From assembly GCF_964204645.1 (NCBI RefSeq), contig NC_134026.1, positions 18,014,150-18,078,149 of the forward strand: DNA of 64,000 nt. The letters are read 5' to 3'. Both the position numbers and the translations under genes were made by a program. This DNA is from Tubulanus polymorphus (taxonomy: Eukaryota; Animalia; Nemertea). This document shows positions 1 through 13,275 of the stretch, piece by piece; position 1 is the first letter of the stretch, and the number at the start of each line of letters is the position of its first letter. Below the pieces are notes generated by a model. That model saw nothing but the letters and a program-made list of their open reading frames with translations, did not search any database and had not been told where the DNA came from.

Positions 1-870
1 ATCTTGGCATCAAAGACGTTGCATCAGGATTCGAAGACTGATGAGACTTTGCTGGGCACTCTCTGTTTGATAGCCAGCGTCATTGCCTACCTGGTCAATT
101 CTCATTGTCGTGGTAATGTGGTATGTATTCCTTTGTGATTATGTCTACTGTTCCTGTTCTGCCTTCGTGCGTCACTCCTACGCTGAGAGGGTTGAGATTC
201 AGTCATCTTAAACGCTTTTGCTATGTGGACTTTTTTCTTACATTTTCTTGCGTCCTTGTTACTTTGAGCCATGTTAATGCATGAGATGCATAAGATGTAG
301 TGTTTGAATTTTTGTACAGCCTCAACGATTGCCACAGCCTCTTTTTCTGTGGTGTTTAATCGTTGTTCACAGGCCGTAAGAGCACTGCCCTCGTAACAAT
401 TTTTTGGGGAAGAACAATTCCGGTATTGCTTGCATCAGTTTCGATACTGAATTTGTGGTCGAATAGGGAATGCTAGTTCAGGTTCTTTTGCATGAACTTC
501 TTTCAATGCTTTGAATGCAGGTAGACACTCTTGATCAATGTCGAAAAACATATCTTTCGTTGTCAGTCAATGCAATGTGATGGCTATTTTTGCAAAATCT
601 GCAATGGAATGCATGAGATACATAAGATGTAGTGTTTAAATTTTTGTACAGCCTCAACGATTGCTACAGCCTCTTATTCTTTGGTGTTTTATTGTTGTTC
701 ACGGGCCGCAAGAGCTCTACCGTCGTAACAATTTTTTGGGAAAGAATCATTCCGGTATTGCTTGCATCAGTTTCGATACTGAATTTGTGGTCGAATAGGG
801 AATGCTAGTTCAGGTTCTTTTGCAAGAACTTCTTTCAATGCTTCGAATGCATGTAGACATTGCAAAGCCG
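1..870 (-). mobile_element. Degenerate Gypsy-type LTR retrotransposon pol fragment (RT-RNase H), internally duplicated
   Basis: Minus strand reads EKEAVAIVEAVQKFKHYIL, matching the Gypsy RNase H motif EKEALAIV..VKKFRHYL. The block ~280-530 recurs at ~610-860. Frames are broken. Confidence 0.75.
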
Positions 871-1542
871 GGCCCCTTGTTGGTTGTTATGATGAATGTT
901 TCAAATGACTCTCCGGGTTGTTGATTAATGTTAATGTTAATGTTAAATGAATGTTAATGTTAATACAATTAACGAGTTTTCCTGACTATATCTGATTGTC
1001 ATAGTTTGCTCTCTAAATAATTATGCTTAGTTTGTAACTTTGTAGTAACCCTATTTTGTACCGCTATTAATTAATCAATTAGCCCCATTCTTCTGATTCA
1101 TGCAAGACTATTATAAATATAGTCTAGACTTTTTTCTTAAGTACTGGTAATTTGGATCTTTGTTGCTGAAATTTTCTGAAAATAAAGTTTTATTATATCC
1201 TTCAAATTTTGCCAATTATAAAATCCTGTTATGTGTTTAAGAGTTTTGTTGAGGACATGAACCATTCCAATTAGTGATAAGGAAATTTATTTGTGAATCT
1301 ATATAAAGATTTGTTTACGATTTATTTCATTCTTACTCAATGAAATATCTCATTCTTACAAATGATTACATTTGGCCTATTGACATTAGGCCTAAGTTTC
1401 CTGGTGATTTGATTTACGAAGGATTTTGTTATGAAATGGTCTTTCGGGGCATTTCTGACTTACACCGCTAGTCCAACATATGGGTTAATTTTGAAATTAC
1501 CTTGTGGGGGATGGCCTGGTTGTACACGTTATTGATGAATAC

Positions 1543-2040
1543 ATAATGATAATAATAATAATGATAATAATAAAAATAATGATAATAATAATAATAATAA
1601 TTTATTGAGCCATATAAAATATGCTCATTGGCTTTACAATATAAAGACAATTTAAACATAAAGATAGAAAAAACAATTTACATCATTAGTTAAAAGCTTT
1701 AGTGAACAAATGGGTTTTAAGTTGCGATTTAAAAACATCAGTAGAAGGACTAGATTTAATTGCATCTGGTAAGGAGTTACAAAGTAGTTGGGCGGAGTAA
1801 GAAAAGGCCCTGTGACCCGCAGAGACTAGATTGACACGAGGGATGACTAGAAGTGATTGACTGTTTGATCTTAACACTCTAGAGGATGCCTTGTATTGCA
1901 CTAATGATTTCAAATATTGTGGGGCCTGACCATTCAAGGATTTATAAGTAAGGATCAAGATTTCAAATTGGATGCGGTATTTGATTGGAAGCCATTGCAG
2001 ATCGTGTAGAATCGGTGTTATGTGACAAAGTTTTGAGTTT
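1543..2040 (-). mobile_element. L2-clade LINE 3' end (ORF2 C-terminus, polyA signal, (TAT)n tail)
   Basis: HITPILHDLQWLPIKYRI..LTYKSLNGQAPQYL...GHRAFSYSA..CNSLP..IKSSPSTDVFKSQLKTHLF is a typical L2 ORF2 end. It is followed on the minus strand by AATAAA and TAT repeats. Confidence 0.85.
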
Positions 2041-3830
2041 CACATCCTACATTTTCATTAAACCCTTCTAGGGTGTATTCTAGATCATTGTGCGAAGTGC
2101 AACACGCAGCAATGATTGTTGGAATATTTTGCAAGTCAAAATTAAGCCTTTGCGACGAAATACGCCAACGGCCTTAGAGCCGCCAAAGGCATTTTCGACT
2201 ACAACTCTTGCCCGAATGAGCTTGTAATTAAAATGCCTCTGCTCACATGTTGTGTTTGCATTTACAGCCTGAGGTTTCATTAACCATTGCAAAAGCGGTG
2301 TTGTCATATCGCGGAAAGACGGAATCGCGGAATTTTCCAAAAACGCGGAATTTCTTCATTTTTACTTTAAATAGTAAACGGGTTTTCCCACGGGGATACC
2401 CACTGTCGGACAGGGCACCGGACCGATCGATGCAACGAGTTAGGTTCGAATCCCATTATTTGCAGGCAATTTTATATGGAATTATTATATTACGATACCG
2501 TTGACTGGCTGCCACCTGTAGAAGAAGTCAGAATCAAGTGGGGTGAAGGAGACCAGGCACCTAATGTCTATTTCTACTAGGCAAACTTCGGTTATCGAAG
2601 TTCATCGACTTTTTGAGAACTTCAGAAACGAATATTATCAGATAAATATTGAGCACGTTCGCGGTGTCGGACCGTAGTTGTAGATGGTTGCAAACATGAA
2701 ATCCTACGACCAAACAAGTTCCGGTTCAAATTCCTTTGAAATTATTATAATTTTACGGCCGTCCAGTACCGCTACCAATAAGATTCTTTTGATCCAAATA
2801 ATCAGCATAGGAACATATGTGTTATAGCAGTCACAAAGTAAACATTAAAAAAAACGAAACCATTTTATAATCTTTCATATCATTTAATTCTAAAAGATAA
2901 ACCACATTCGCTTTTAACAACAATGTAGACACACAACACGCATGAACAATCCTAAGCCAGAATGAAATATACATAATGTCTATTTATTTTCGTCTGACAT
3001 CGATCCAGTTCCACAGTTTAGTGAGTTAACTCTGAGTTACTTAAAATCAATTCATTTCCAATGTTTTAAATCCAGAGACCAGAGTCAAATCTTAACTCGG
3101 AACTGAGTCCTGGAGAATGACCCATGGTGTCATCACAAATCCTACGTTTACGTACCATCGATTTGTATTCCTTCAGTTAATGCAGCGATACTCTGTATCA
3201 CTGAATTCGCAAAGCACGTATTGCCTAGATTCTCCATTATTTGTAACAGTATCGTTAAGTTGTTGACTGGCGATATAATAAATTATCAAATACTAATTCC
3301 CGATTTTGAAAACCTGGGTCCGGTGCCCTGTCCGACAGTGGGTATCCCCGTGGGAAAACCCGTTTACTATTTATAGTAAAAATGAAGAAATTCCGCGTTT
3401 TTGGAAAATTCCGCGATTCCGTCTTTCCGCGATATGACAACACCGTGCAAAAGAGTGTTTGCCGGGTCCCCTAAAATCAGTAGGGGTATTTCGAGATCAC
3501 TTTTTACATCCTATAGATTATCCACAGGAATTCCCTCCTCTAAACTTGGTAAATAAGCTTGATGTTGCAAGAGTACTTGCAACATGCACACTACCAGGCC
3601 AACCAAAGAACAAGTCTATGAACATAACATCGGAGTCTACCACAGCCTGGGGTCAAACTGTGTCAACCTTTTCGATTTTTAATAATCGTCCGAATTTTTT
3701 GTGGCACCTGCATGGGTATGTGCGAACCATTGGTTCTGAATGCTCGAGGAAAACTTTTGTTCCTTGTAGGGGGACCTTTGAACTACTGGGATTGAAACAA
3801 CACTCATAAACGACACAAACAGGATTAATT
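2040..3830 (-). pseudogene. PIF/Harbinger transposase remnant split by a MITE
   Basis: FNYKLIRARVVVENAFG at 2080-2290 and GWPGSVH...LILGDPA at 3454-3620. The two parts rejoin across the 2296-3445 insertion. Confidence 0.8.
2296..3445. mobile_element. Non-autonomous DNA transposon (MITE), ~125-bp TIRs, 8-bp TSD (hAT- or P-like)
   Basis: TIR CGGTGTTGTCATATCGCGGAAAG... at 2296-~2422 and its reverse complement at ~3318-3445. TSD TGCAAAAG at 2288-2295 and 3446-3453. Confidence 0.9.
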
Positions 3831-4389
3831 ATGAAAATTTAATCGCTAAACAAAACTGTTTCCAAGGCAACAGCCAGTACAAAGAATAAACATCTTTTAT
3901 ATACAGGTAAGAAAGTTCACAATGAGTTAGTTCTGTTCAGCTACCTGCGACCTGCGACACACGGAAACACGAAGTCTATCACGAAATGTCCGTCCACGAT
4001 CACGATGGCCTAACCACGGGAAGAAGCCCTGTTCTAAATCTTATGAAATTAAACAAAATTCTCTAGCCTATGTGTACAAAATTAGGCGGATAAAAACTCA
4101 GTCTGGTTGGCTGGTTGCCAAAAAAGAAATCTGGTTTTATCCACTCATCTGTCACATCAAATTGTCTGGTAGGCTGTAGTTCAGCTCAAACTATTGTTCA
4201 TAATTTACTTCTTCATTTGAGCAATAAAATGTTGACTATTTATCGGCTTTTACCACCAAATTTGAGTCCACATCCTATCTGACTGAGCACGTGTTACAGA
4301 AGAGGGCAGCACTGCATAAGCTATATCTGCAGAGACTCACTTGCCAGGGGTTAAGAAAATGAAACTACTAATGGGACTATGGAACAATT

Positions 4390-6750
4390 GAAAATTAAAC
4401 GAGACTTACCTTGGTAAGGTGAAGTTTGATTGAGATTATATCGATCCACAAATTAAATTCTGTAAAGTATCGGCACTCTTCCAATTTGCACCTTTCATAA
4501 TCACATCAAGGGATACCTCTGCTGTATATATTTTTGAAGCCGCTGCGTCACGTGTACTATGCGCCGACCACACACTGATATCAACCCCAGCAGTAGACAG
4601 AAAGTTCTTAATCCACCTCGAAAGCGTGTCAGTAGAAACCGGCTTATAAGGCCGGACAAAACTAATCAGTAACTTAGAATCTGACCTGGTGAATATATCT
4701 CATGAGGTGCTTCACCACACATGAATTAGGATCGGAAAACCCGCGAAATGAAACAGGCGCAATGTGGTGACCTGGTTTTGAGGTTTTTAGCACATCTCGT
4801 AAGACAAACACACAGTGTTCATCGTTCATATCCAGACACGAAATATCCAACTTACTCGAAGTCTGTAACCTCTGACCAGATGCCAGCGCTAGCAACGTAA
4901 CAGTTTTATAAGTCAAATCCTTCGAGCTAAGTTCCGATAAAGCTAACGTACTCATGTACCTTAGAACAACAGACACATCCCACATTTTTGAATATCTAGG
5001 AAGTGCTGGTCGCGCTTCAAAAACACCCTTCATAAAGCGTTTAATTTACGGGTCATCACCCAGCGTGGGTCCCCCGATAACAGAACAAAAACTGGATACC
5101 GCTGAACGAGCGGTGTTTAAAGCACTTAATCCAACACCTCTCTGATACTCCATATCTAAGAAATACACATTAGAAAAAAGTCCACATTAAAAAAGTCCAC
5201 ATTGGACGGAAAAAAATGGGAGGATCGATACCCCTCGCATTACACATGGCTGTCCACTTTCGTATGGCCGGATCATATTGTTTCCTAGTAGACGGCCTCC
5301 ATGATCTGAGGATAAGATCCGAAGCCGAGCTCGAAATATTTCTGTCTCGCAACGATTGCCGGACAATGGCAAACCAGCAGGTGTAGTTTTGGCGCCAACT
5401 TGTGCCGCGCTTCCGAGAAGGCAACACTAGGAGATTCGCCCTTGGTGTCAAAATCAGCGGTAGTTCTACCAACATGTGCATCAGACTGGGATACCACGGC
5501 TAGTGTGTTCCAGTTTGGTACCACCACTATACCGGCTGACCCTTCTTCGTGGATCTTTTTGAGAACTGCTTGGATAACACTGAAAGAAGGGAAACAATAA
5601 AATCTTAAATTTCCCCATGACATGGAAAAAGCATTAATAGCCAGCGCATCGGGATCTGGCCTATAGGATACATACGGTTTCAATTGAAAATTTAGCCTAG
5701 ACGCAAAAAGGTCAATCAGTATATCATAATCCCAAACATTCTGGATCAATTTAAAGACAATCGGATTCAATTTCCATTCTGATTCCATTCGGAAGTGTCT
5801 ACTCAAGTTCCCCGGCTAAAGTATTGCATTTCATGCTGCGACTGCCCCCCCCCCCCCCCCCCATTTCATTTATGTAGGCTACAGCCGTTGTGTTGTCAAA
5901 TATAATACGAACATGTACATCTGAAACATTTGAACAGAAAGAGCGGAGCGTGAGAAAAGCTGCTTTAAGTTCCAGGTCATTTAAGCTGGCAGAATCCTGT
6001 TTCTCATCACTCTGGCATTCCCCGCCACATGTCTCACCCGTACTTGGTTTATGGCCACCCCATCCGCGAAGCGACGAGTCGCTTTCCAATACAATATCCG
6101 GTTGCCGCGTGATGATAGGCTTGGCCATATGGTGTATAATATTTTCCCACCATATCAGATCAGCAAAAGCTGTTCCAGAGAGTGTCATTTTCGCATCAAA
6201 ATTCCCCTTGTTGCATTTTAGAGCTGAAATCTTTTCGTTTTCAAGTTGTCTTAAGTACAAGGGCCCTAAGGCCACAGCTGGTGTACAGCTGACCACAAGG
6301 CCAATGACTTTCGCCACATCCCTGACAGAGGGCGATGATTTTATTCGTAACTCTCTGCACTCTCGTATGACTCGTTCACACTTCTCCCGAGAACTTTTCA
6401 AAGCATCCTGATTGAGTCCAATATAAACCCCAAATAAGGCATCTCCTGAACAGGCTCAAATATTGACTTAACGGGGTGAATAACCCACCCTAACCGAGTT
6501 AGTAGGGTAGCCGTATCAATGACATTATGGGCTGAACCTAATGATGTCACACCTTGCAGATAGTTGTCATCAATATAGTATGAGGATAAATACCTTTAGC
6601 CCTCAAGTAAGAGTACACTGGCTTCATAAGCTTAGTGAAAATTCTAGGCCCCGGTGCGAGGCCATTGCTGGGGAGGCAGACAAATTTGTACAATATACCA
6701 TTCCACTGAAATTTCAAGAACTTCTGATAATAGACAAAAACCCACAATGA
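4390..6750 (-). mobile_element. DIRS-type tyrosine-recombinase retrotransposon, degenerate (RT, RNase H, MT, YR)
   Basis: RT: FQWNGILYKFVCLP..PRIFTKLMKPV. RNase H: SDSSLRGWG..NDLELKAAF..DNTTAVAYIN. Methyltransferase-like: IDLFASRLN..NAFSMSW..YCFP. YR: LALASGQR and HSTR motifs. Overlapping frames, as in DIRS. Confidence 0.9.
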
Positions 6751-7725
6751 AAAGAAAAACTATCTGGTAGCTTAACGTTTCAACTCAATTCTATGAGCCA
6801 TTTTCAAAAACTGATTTATTGTACAGTTATAACAATACAAAATATAGCAACAAGGTAACTAATGTTGCCATCTTTAGGTCACGGTCTCCGGATGATGACG
6901 GATTACTGAACTCAAATATACGAGAGGAACAAAGACACCAACACAATAACGACTGTGTCCATTGAGAGAGAGAGAGAACAAAGAGAGTTTTTTTATTATA
7001 CCAATATAGCGCTAGGTGGCTGCACTTCTCATACTACCATCTTTACATATACAGTGTTGCACAAAACAATACATGTACAATAATACAGAAACATGAGTTT
7101 ATATTATAACAACTAAGTGATCCCTATAGCTGTTAGTATATAGTGACTAAGGAGTTCATTTTGGGGGGAGAAAGCCAGTCTATCTTTCGGCATCTGATTG
7201 GACGAGAACGCACGTGCTTGCACGAAATTTTCAAAAATCTTTTGGGAAAGGACCTTAGACCCCCTCTATTCCTAAAAACGAACTCCCAAAAAAATCCTGT
7301 CGACGTAGTCTATTAGCCTAACGCCTTTTCTATTAGTGAGATATTTTACACCTACATATCCTGGCTTTAACACTTGAGGTTTGTTCTAATTTGAAATGAC
7401 GGTCTATCAATGCGCATGGGACAAGTTTTTTGCGCGCAATGGTGACTGGAAGGTTGCCTCATTAAAAACCGGGACTGTCGCCTTACGGTCTTTCATTACG
7501 CATATAACTGTCAGTCAACCATCGGAGCGATTTTATCAGAACTGTAAATAAAATAAAACCCGATCAAGACTGTATATGTATCGTTTCGTAGTTAGTATAC
7601 ATTAAAACTCTGGTATGTCTCTGCATCTACGTGGTACCTGAAAATACTCACCGGACGAGCGTGTGCACTCGCTTGTACCAGGTTCGATCATCGTGGTAGC
7701 GTGATCCTCTTTTGTATCCTCAGAG

Positions 7726-7747
7726 TATATATATATATATATATATC

Positions 7748-7779
<32 letters not shown>

Positions 7780-7800
7780 CGTGTGTAAACGTGTACGTAT
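7726..7800. repeat. (TA)n(TG)n microsatellite
   Basis: Directly visible. Confidence 0.95.
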
Positions 7801-9479
7801 GTAATAACGTATTTAAAATGGCGTCGCTACTAAGGGTTCGCCTGCGTCGCGTAAACAACGGGAAAGATGTTTATGAAGGGGTATACGACCACCACAGGAA
7901 GATATGTTTGTGTGTAGAATAACAAATGGCTCTCAGGCTTAACTCGACCTAACACACGAGTAAGCATTTCCCGCAATTCCGGGTGTAGATTGCTGATAGA
8001 TCCAGGAACGTAACGACTGGGCCGACTCGAAAACTACCCTCCGAGAACTAAGGATCGGGCCCAACCCTATATTAGAACCTACAGATAGCGATGCGCACCC
8101 TTCTGTCCACCCAATAACTCACGATATCGTGGTTGTACATGGACCCGAGTCGACCGTAAAACACACCACGTCAAACCATGGACGCTTGGACCAAATCCAC
8201 GGTTTTACTACCCAATATACTCATACGAAATCGTTAATATAATTTCACGTACTGCGACAGCAACTTTAATTTAACCACAAGAAATCAACATACGTCATGC
8301 TCAAAGACAGGGCAGGTTCATACTCTGCAAATGCTTACATACTTACAAAAGGGAAAAGACTATGCGATTGACACTTGCTATTAAACTTTAACCTCACACA
8401 ACGAACACATATAGACCGCGGACATTACATAACCTTAAGGGTTGCCTATATGAATTTCATTTAAACTTTAGTACGCACACATAGAAACCGGCCTTAGAGA
8501 CCTATAATAAAAACGACAAATAGCTTATAATGATATCAAGAGCAAACGATTATTAGTCCCGTGTTAAATACTTAAGTCTGAACGGGGAGAGTAGATAAGA
8601 CTCAATATATAACGATACGAATCAATCCGTCTCTAATACATAAGTATTGACGGACTATAGTTCAAAGATCCTATAGCTGAAATAGAAACACAACCAAAAC
8701 CCGTCTGTAATACATAAGTATGGACGGGAGCTATAATGCTTAAAGCTTAGGCTTACGGCCATATATATACATACACAATAAACAGTTACTGAATTCGCCG
8801 TAATACATAAGTATTAGCGAATAATAACGCGTAGGCCAACAACGTATTTACAATTTACTAGAGGGATTCTGTGGGCTTAAGGCCCTTGATTTTTATCTCG
8901 GAAAGAAGGAACAGAGACGAACGGGTACAAGACCCGAAACGCCGCCAGGCGGCGCTGTCCCCGAACCGACTTACATCGTTCAAGGATCTCCGAGTAACTG
9001 ACTAAACTAAAAAAACGCGCGTGTTATATTCACGCATTGCCGACTCCGATGTGTTGCATTACTCCGCGTCGCTTCGCTGGTCGCTCAACAATGGCCGTCG
9101 AGGTAGATGTGCTTCATCGCATTCTTCAGAGTCGCTCCGCTGCCGAACTACGTCTTTTACTTGCTGATGCCGTATATCATTAAAAAGCATAGAACTTATG
9201 CTTTCTAATGGTGTGAAATGTGTGCAGGATCGTCCATTCGTAAAGATTAATAAGGTCTCGAAAGGCGGTCGTCATGCGTGACCGCGTTCAGGACCGTCGA
9301 TTCAATCGTCGAATTCTCGGTATTTTTAGGATATGAAGGTGCCGAAATCATCTACTGGATTTGTAATATTGAGGATTATATAAGGACGTTAACTTCGTGG
9401 CTAGAAATTAGGGTGATAACTTATAATGATAGCCGTAAGACGTCGGTGTAGAAACTTAAACTCTCCCGCTAGTCTAGCG

Positions 9480-10545
9480 GGACATGTGCTCGTACCGGAA
9501 AACTACTATATATCTGAAAACTGCTGTAGCACCGGTGGAGAGTGAAGGTACTCGTCTTAATGCTCACATACTATTATATTAGATGATGGATCACATCGTA
9601 CTTTCGTTACGTCGGCTTTAGTTCGCCAGCTAGGTGTTAAACATCATAGATTTGAATCCGTTGATTTGAGTGGGTTCGGTGCTGTCAGTACTGGGTCTTA
9701 GAGTAGTTGACGTCGTGTGGATCAGTATTGCGTGTACTGTTGATAAATCAGTTGTTTCTGTAGAAGCTATCGTTGTATCGGAGATAACCAGACCACTCAG
9801 AGTTTCTAACGGTTCAGTTAATTGCATACCTGAATTTAAAGGTTTGAATTTTGCCCATCCGCCGGGGTACAGTTCTAGTTCCTTTGATATCTCATTACTC
9901 ATTGGATCTGATAATTACTACCTTTTTGTTCTTGGTAATCAGTTCATTAAATCTGCATGTGGTCCGGTTGCTGTTCCGTCGAAATTGGGTCATTTAATTG
10001 CGGGTCGGTATAACGGTGATGACTTAACCAATTCTGTTCAATTGCTGAACCTGACACTTTCGATCTCACACGTTTCTGGTCTCTAGAAACGTTGGGTATA
10101 GAGTCACCTACTGACCGAGATACATATTTTCTGGATGAGTTCTGTAGTAAGTCTATCATGTTAGTAGACGGGAGATACAGGGTTAATTTGCCTTGGAAAG
10201 ATAATCACGGCATACTACGTAGTATGCCGTGATTATCTTTCCAAGGCAAATGGAAACATTATAATTTGTGGGTATACCCACAAATTATAATGTTTCCAAA
10301 GCCAGAACTCGCTCTACGGTTCGCCGCATCGCTAAAACCGAAGGTTTGTTGGAGAAATATAGTGCTATAATTGCTGATCAATTGTCACGTAGGTTTATTG
10401 AGCCTGTTGAAATTCCCTCCGTTTCTAGCACTCGTGAGCATTATATTCCTCATCACCCGGTTTTCAGGCAGTCATCTACTACTCCGATTCGTATTGTTTT
10501 CGATTGCAGCTGTCGACAGTCGAAGTCTTCCGTATCTCTTAATTG
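9480..10545 (+). mobile_element. BEL/Pao LTR retrotransposon pol fragment (protease to start of RT)
   Basis: LLDDGSHRTFVT, DISLLIGSDNYY, GPVAVPSKLG, GRYRVNLPWK and HYIPHHPVFRQSSTTPIRIVFDCS are BEL/Pao motifs. Stops and frameshifts present. Confidence 0.88.
10186..10298. repeat. Two abutting perfect spacerless palindromes (66 bp and 48 bp)
   Basis: 10186-10251 is centred on TACGTA and 10251-10298 on GTATAC. Each mirrors the adjacent BEL coding sequence. Confidence 0.95.
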
Positions 10546-10691
10546 TGATATGATTGTGTATATATACATCAATAAAAGTAGTTCCAAGTATGGTGGTCGT
10601 TCTTGTCATGTGTTTTTGTTATCTGACGCTCTGACAGTCGAATATATTTCAAGTTTTGATATCGGAGGACATCATAACATGGTGGCAGCGG
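10546..10691 (+). mobile_element. 3' part of an LTR plus tRNA-Leu primer-binding site
   Basis: AATAAA, then ...CATAACA immediately followed by TGGTGGCAGCGG (10680-10691), complementary to the tRNA-Leu 3' end. Confidence 0.6.
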
Positions 10692-11580
10692 AAACAATAG
10701 ATGCCAGAGATCATCCGGAACGCAGTAAGTCATCTTGCCGAGGCTTATGTACGCCATAATTGTCATAGAAGTAGTTGGTTAAACTGTTAACTTCGAATAT
10801 CGGATGTCATCGATTGCTGCTTGCTATTTCGCAATCGGATGTTTCGCAACCGTGCATTAACGGTGCTTCCCGTCGATTGATGGCGCAACGGAGGTTTGCT
10901 AGAAACGACTGTGATCGAAACGCTGTTCTGGTGAAGAGGGACATGTCTGCAGTGTGGTGATTTCTCGTCTACGGGCGACAATTCCCTTCAAAAAGACACT
11001 GTTTTGTACGTTAAAGACATTTTCGCGCCGCGAAGACATTTTCGCGCCACGAAGTCATTTTCGCGCCGCGAAGACATTTCTGCGCCGCGAAGTCATGCGC
11101 CGAAATGTCAGTAGATGGCGCCACGTACATCTAAATTACGTCATCCTGGGAAACCCGGAAATATTCATTCATTCATTCGTCGAAGATGAGGAAACGATCG
11201 TCTTCGAGACCAAGAGATAGCCGTCCAGTTAACCGCCAACAAAGACCCAACAGGAGCGCAAGTCGCAGAGGTCGACATAGATCACACAGAAACAACATCG
11301 AAACCAATGACTCAAATGAAAACACAGCAGAAAGAAAACCTACGAGAGTCGGCACAGTGTACCAGAACTGCGATACAGGATCCGGTTCCACAGTTCTTGA
11401 TTAAATCTGACTCAGAGTTAGTTTTTAACTCAGGGTCAGAAACTAACTCTGAGTTAGCTGACTCTGAGTTAGTTTTGCGTTCCACAGTTCTCATTTAACT
11501 CAGAGTTTACTAACTCAGAGTCAAAGTCATATCTCCATAGTAACCATCTTAATTCAGAGTTTGAATTGGTAATTCTCAAA

Positions 11581-12925
11581 ATGGCAACGTGCAGCAACGA
11601 AAAACAGCTTAAAAAAAGAAGTCCTAACTTTACTAAAGACGAGATGGCCGTTCTCACTGACGTTGTAATGAAAAATGGTGATGTGTTATTTTCAAAGTTG
11701 AATAACGATGTCACAAACAAGCTGAAAGCGAAGAAATGGGAAGAGGTGGCTAGTGCAGTAAACAGCCTAGGGCACTGTGTGAGAAAACCAGATGAACTTA
11801 AATTCAAATGGAAAAACATGAGCGCTAAAGCAAAGTGTATGAATTCGGAAAGAAGGAAACTAGCACACAAAACTGGAGGGGGCCACCACCGGAAAATTTG
11901 ATAAAGAACGTCGACGAGACTATGGAGAAAATTATAAGCGCTAACGAAAACAGAGAAGCTTGGGTCGGAATAGATGCAACACTTGACTTAGATCCTCCCA
12001 TTATCATGTCACTAAGTCCAGAAGGTAATATATATCTTTATTCACTGACAGGGTCAATCATTTTTGTTTTTAACTTTGCTTTCACCCAACAGCATATCGT
12101 CAAATGATAGCTTGATGACGTGCTACACTTTGACCTTTGGCACACATGCGCAATGGCGTCTAAATATCTTCCTGGAACCGAATCCAAGAAAATATAAGAT
12201 TATAAAACTTACATGTTACGGCTTGGCAGTTACATCACAGACCCAGCGTTGCAAATTACTAATGCACATATAAATCCCATCATTCTGATAATCCAGTTGG
12301 TCTCGTGCTGCGATTATTTTCCGCACATTTCGGCTTAAAAACGATAGTTTAGCAGACACCATGTGCAGAAAAAATGGCTCATGTCCGGCTAATTTATGCA
12401 CCGTCATAGACGTGGACTCGTTAGGTTCGAATCCCAATTTTGAACAACAGTCGGGAGCATTTTAAATTATGATGTATTGATTAATCAATCACTTTTTAAA
12501 CTTGTTAAATTTTAGTATCAAAGATTGAGACGTTACCGTCGAACCCGATTACTCTAATGGGGGATGACGGGACCGTATACGAAGTCACCGAATCATTTTT
12601 GCGATTACCGGCAACTGAAACCAACGTTTCTGAGATGCATGTTCAAGATATAAGCACTTCCGATAATATTGGAACAATTCCAAATACCGGTACGTATAAA
12701 TCTGGGTAACGAATTAAATGCCAAATAAAAAATAATCTATCATTCGATACGTCATATATAGAACATGAAAACATCTATATTTTAGAGAAAGCCAAGAAGA
12801 GGCGCTATACACAACAGGATCTTCTCAATGAGCAGGTGAACTACATGAAAGTAAAAGCAAAAAAAGTTGAAATGGAAATGCGACTCCTGGAACTGAAAAT
12901 TAAAAAACTAGAGAAGGAAGAGTAA
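11581..12925 (+). pseudogene. Harbinger-associated Myb/SANT-like DNA-binding protein gene (spliced, frameshifted)
   Basis: KRSPNFTKDEMAVL...KAKKWEEVASAVNS...RKPDELKFKWKNM. Coiled-coil last exon at ~12785-12925. Preceded by AACTCAGAGT subterminal repeats at 11400-11560. Confidence 0.8.
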
Positions 12926-12999
12926 AGAAGATTGTTTATGTCGTTGTATTATTTATAGATTGTTTCAATTTTAGATTTCAGATCTCGAAATTCAATTAA

Positions 13000-13275
13000 A
13001 AAAGGTGTTTGTTACGTATCGTCTCATGTGTGCTCCATGTAGATCTTCGGGTTCGTTTATTGGCTGCAGCGGTTCCTCCTCGTCATATACAATATCATTG
13101 TCATCAAAAAACTGGTTCTTTCATGAGAATTGCTAAGTTGTGCAGTATAGCACAGGCTGTTATGACTCGGCATGCCTTGCGAGGATCCAGGCGTAATTCT
13201 CCATGTAGACAGTGAAATCTGCGTTTCAGCCAACCAAATGATCTTTCTATGGCGACCCTCAAATACGTCTCTGAT
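13000..13275 (-). pseudogene. Harbinger transposase C-terminus, convergent with the Myb/SANT gene
   Basis: [18 protein letters not shown]...[16 protein letters not shown]. Truncated by a CAGGGGCGGATCCAGG-type MITE end at ~13282. Confidence 0.85.
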
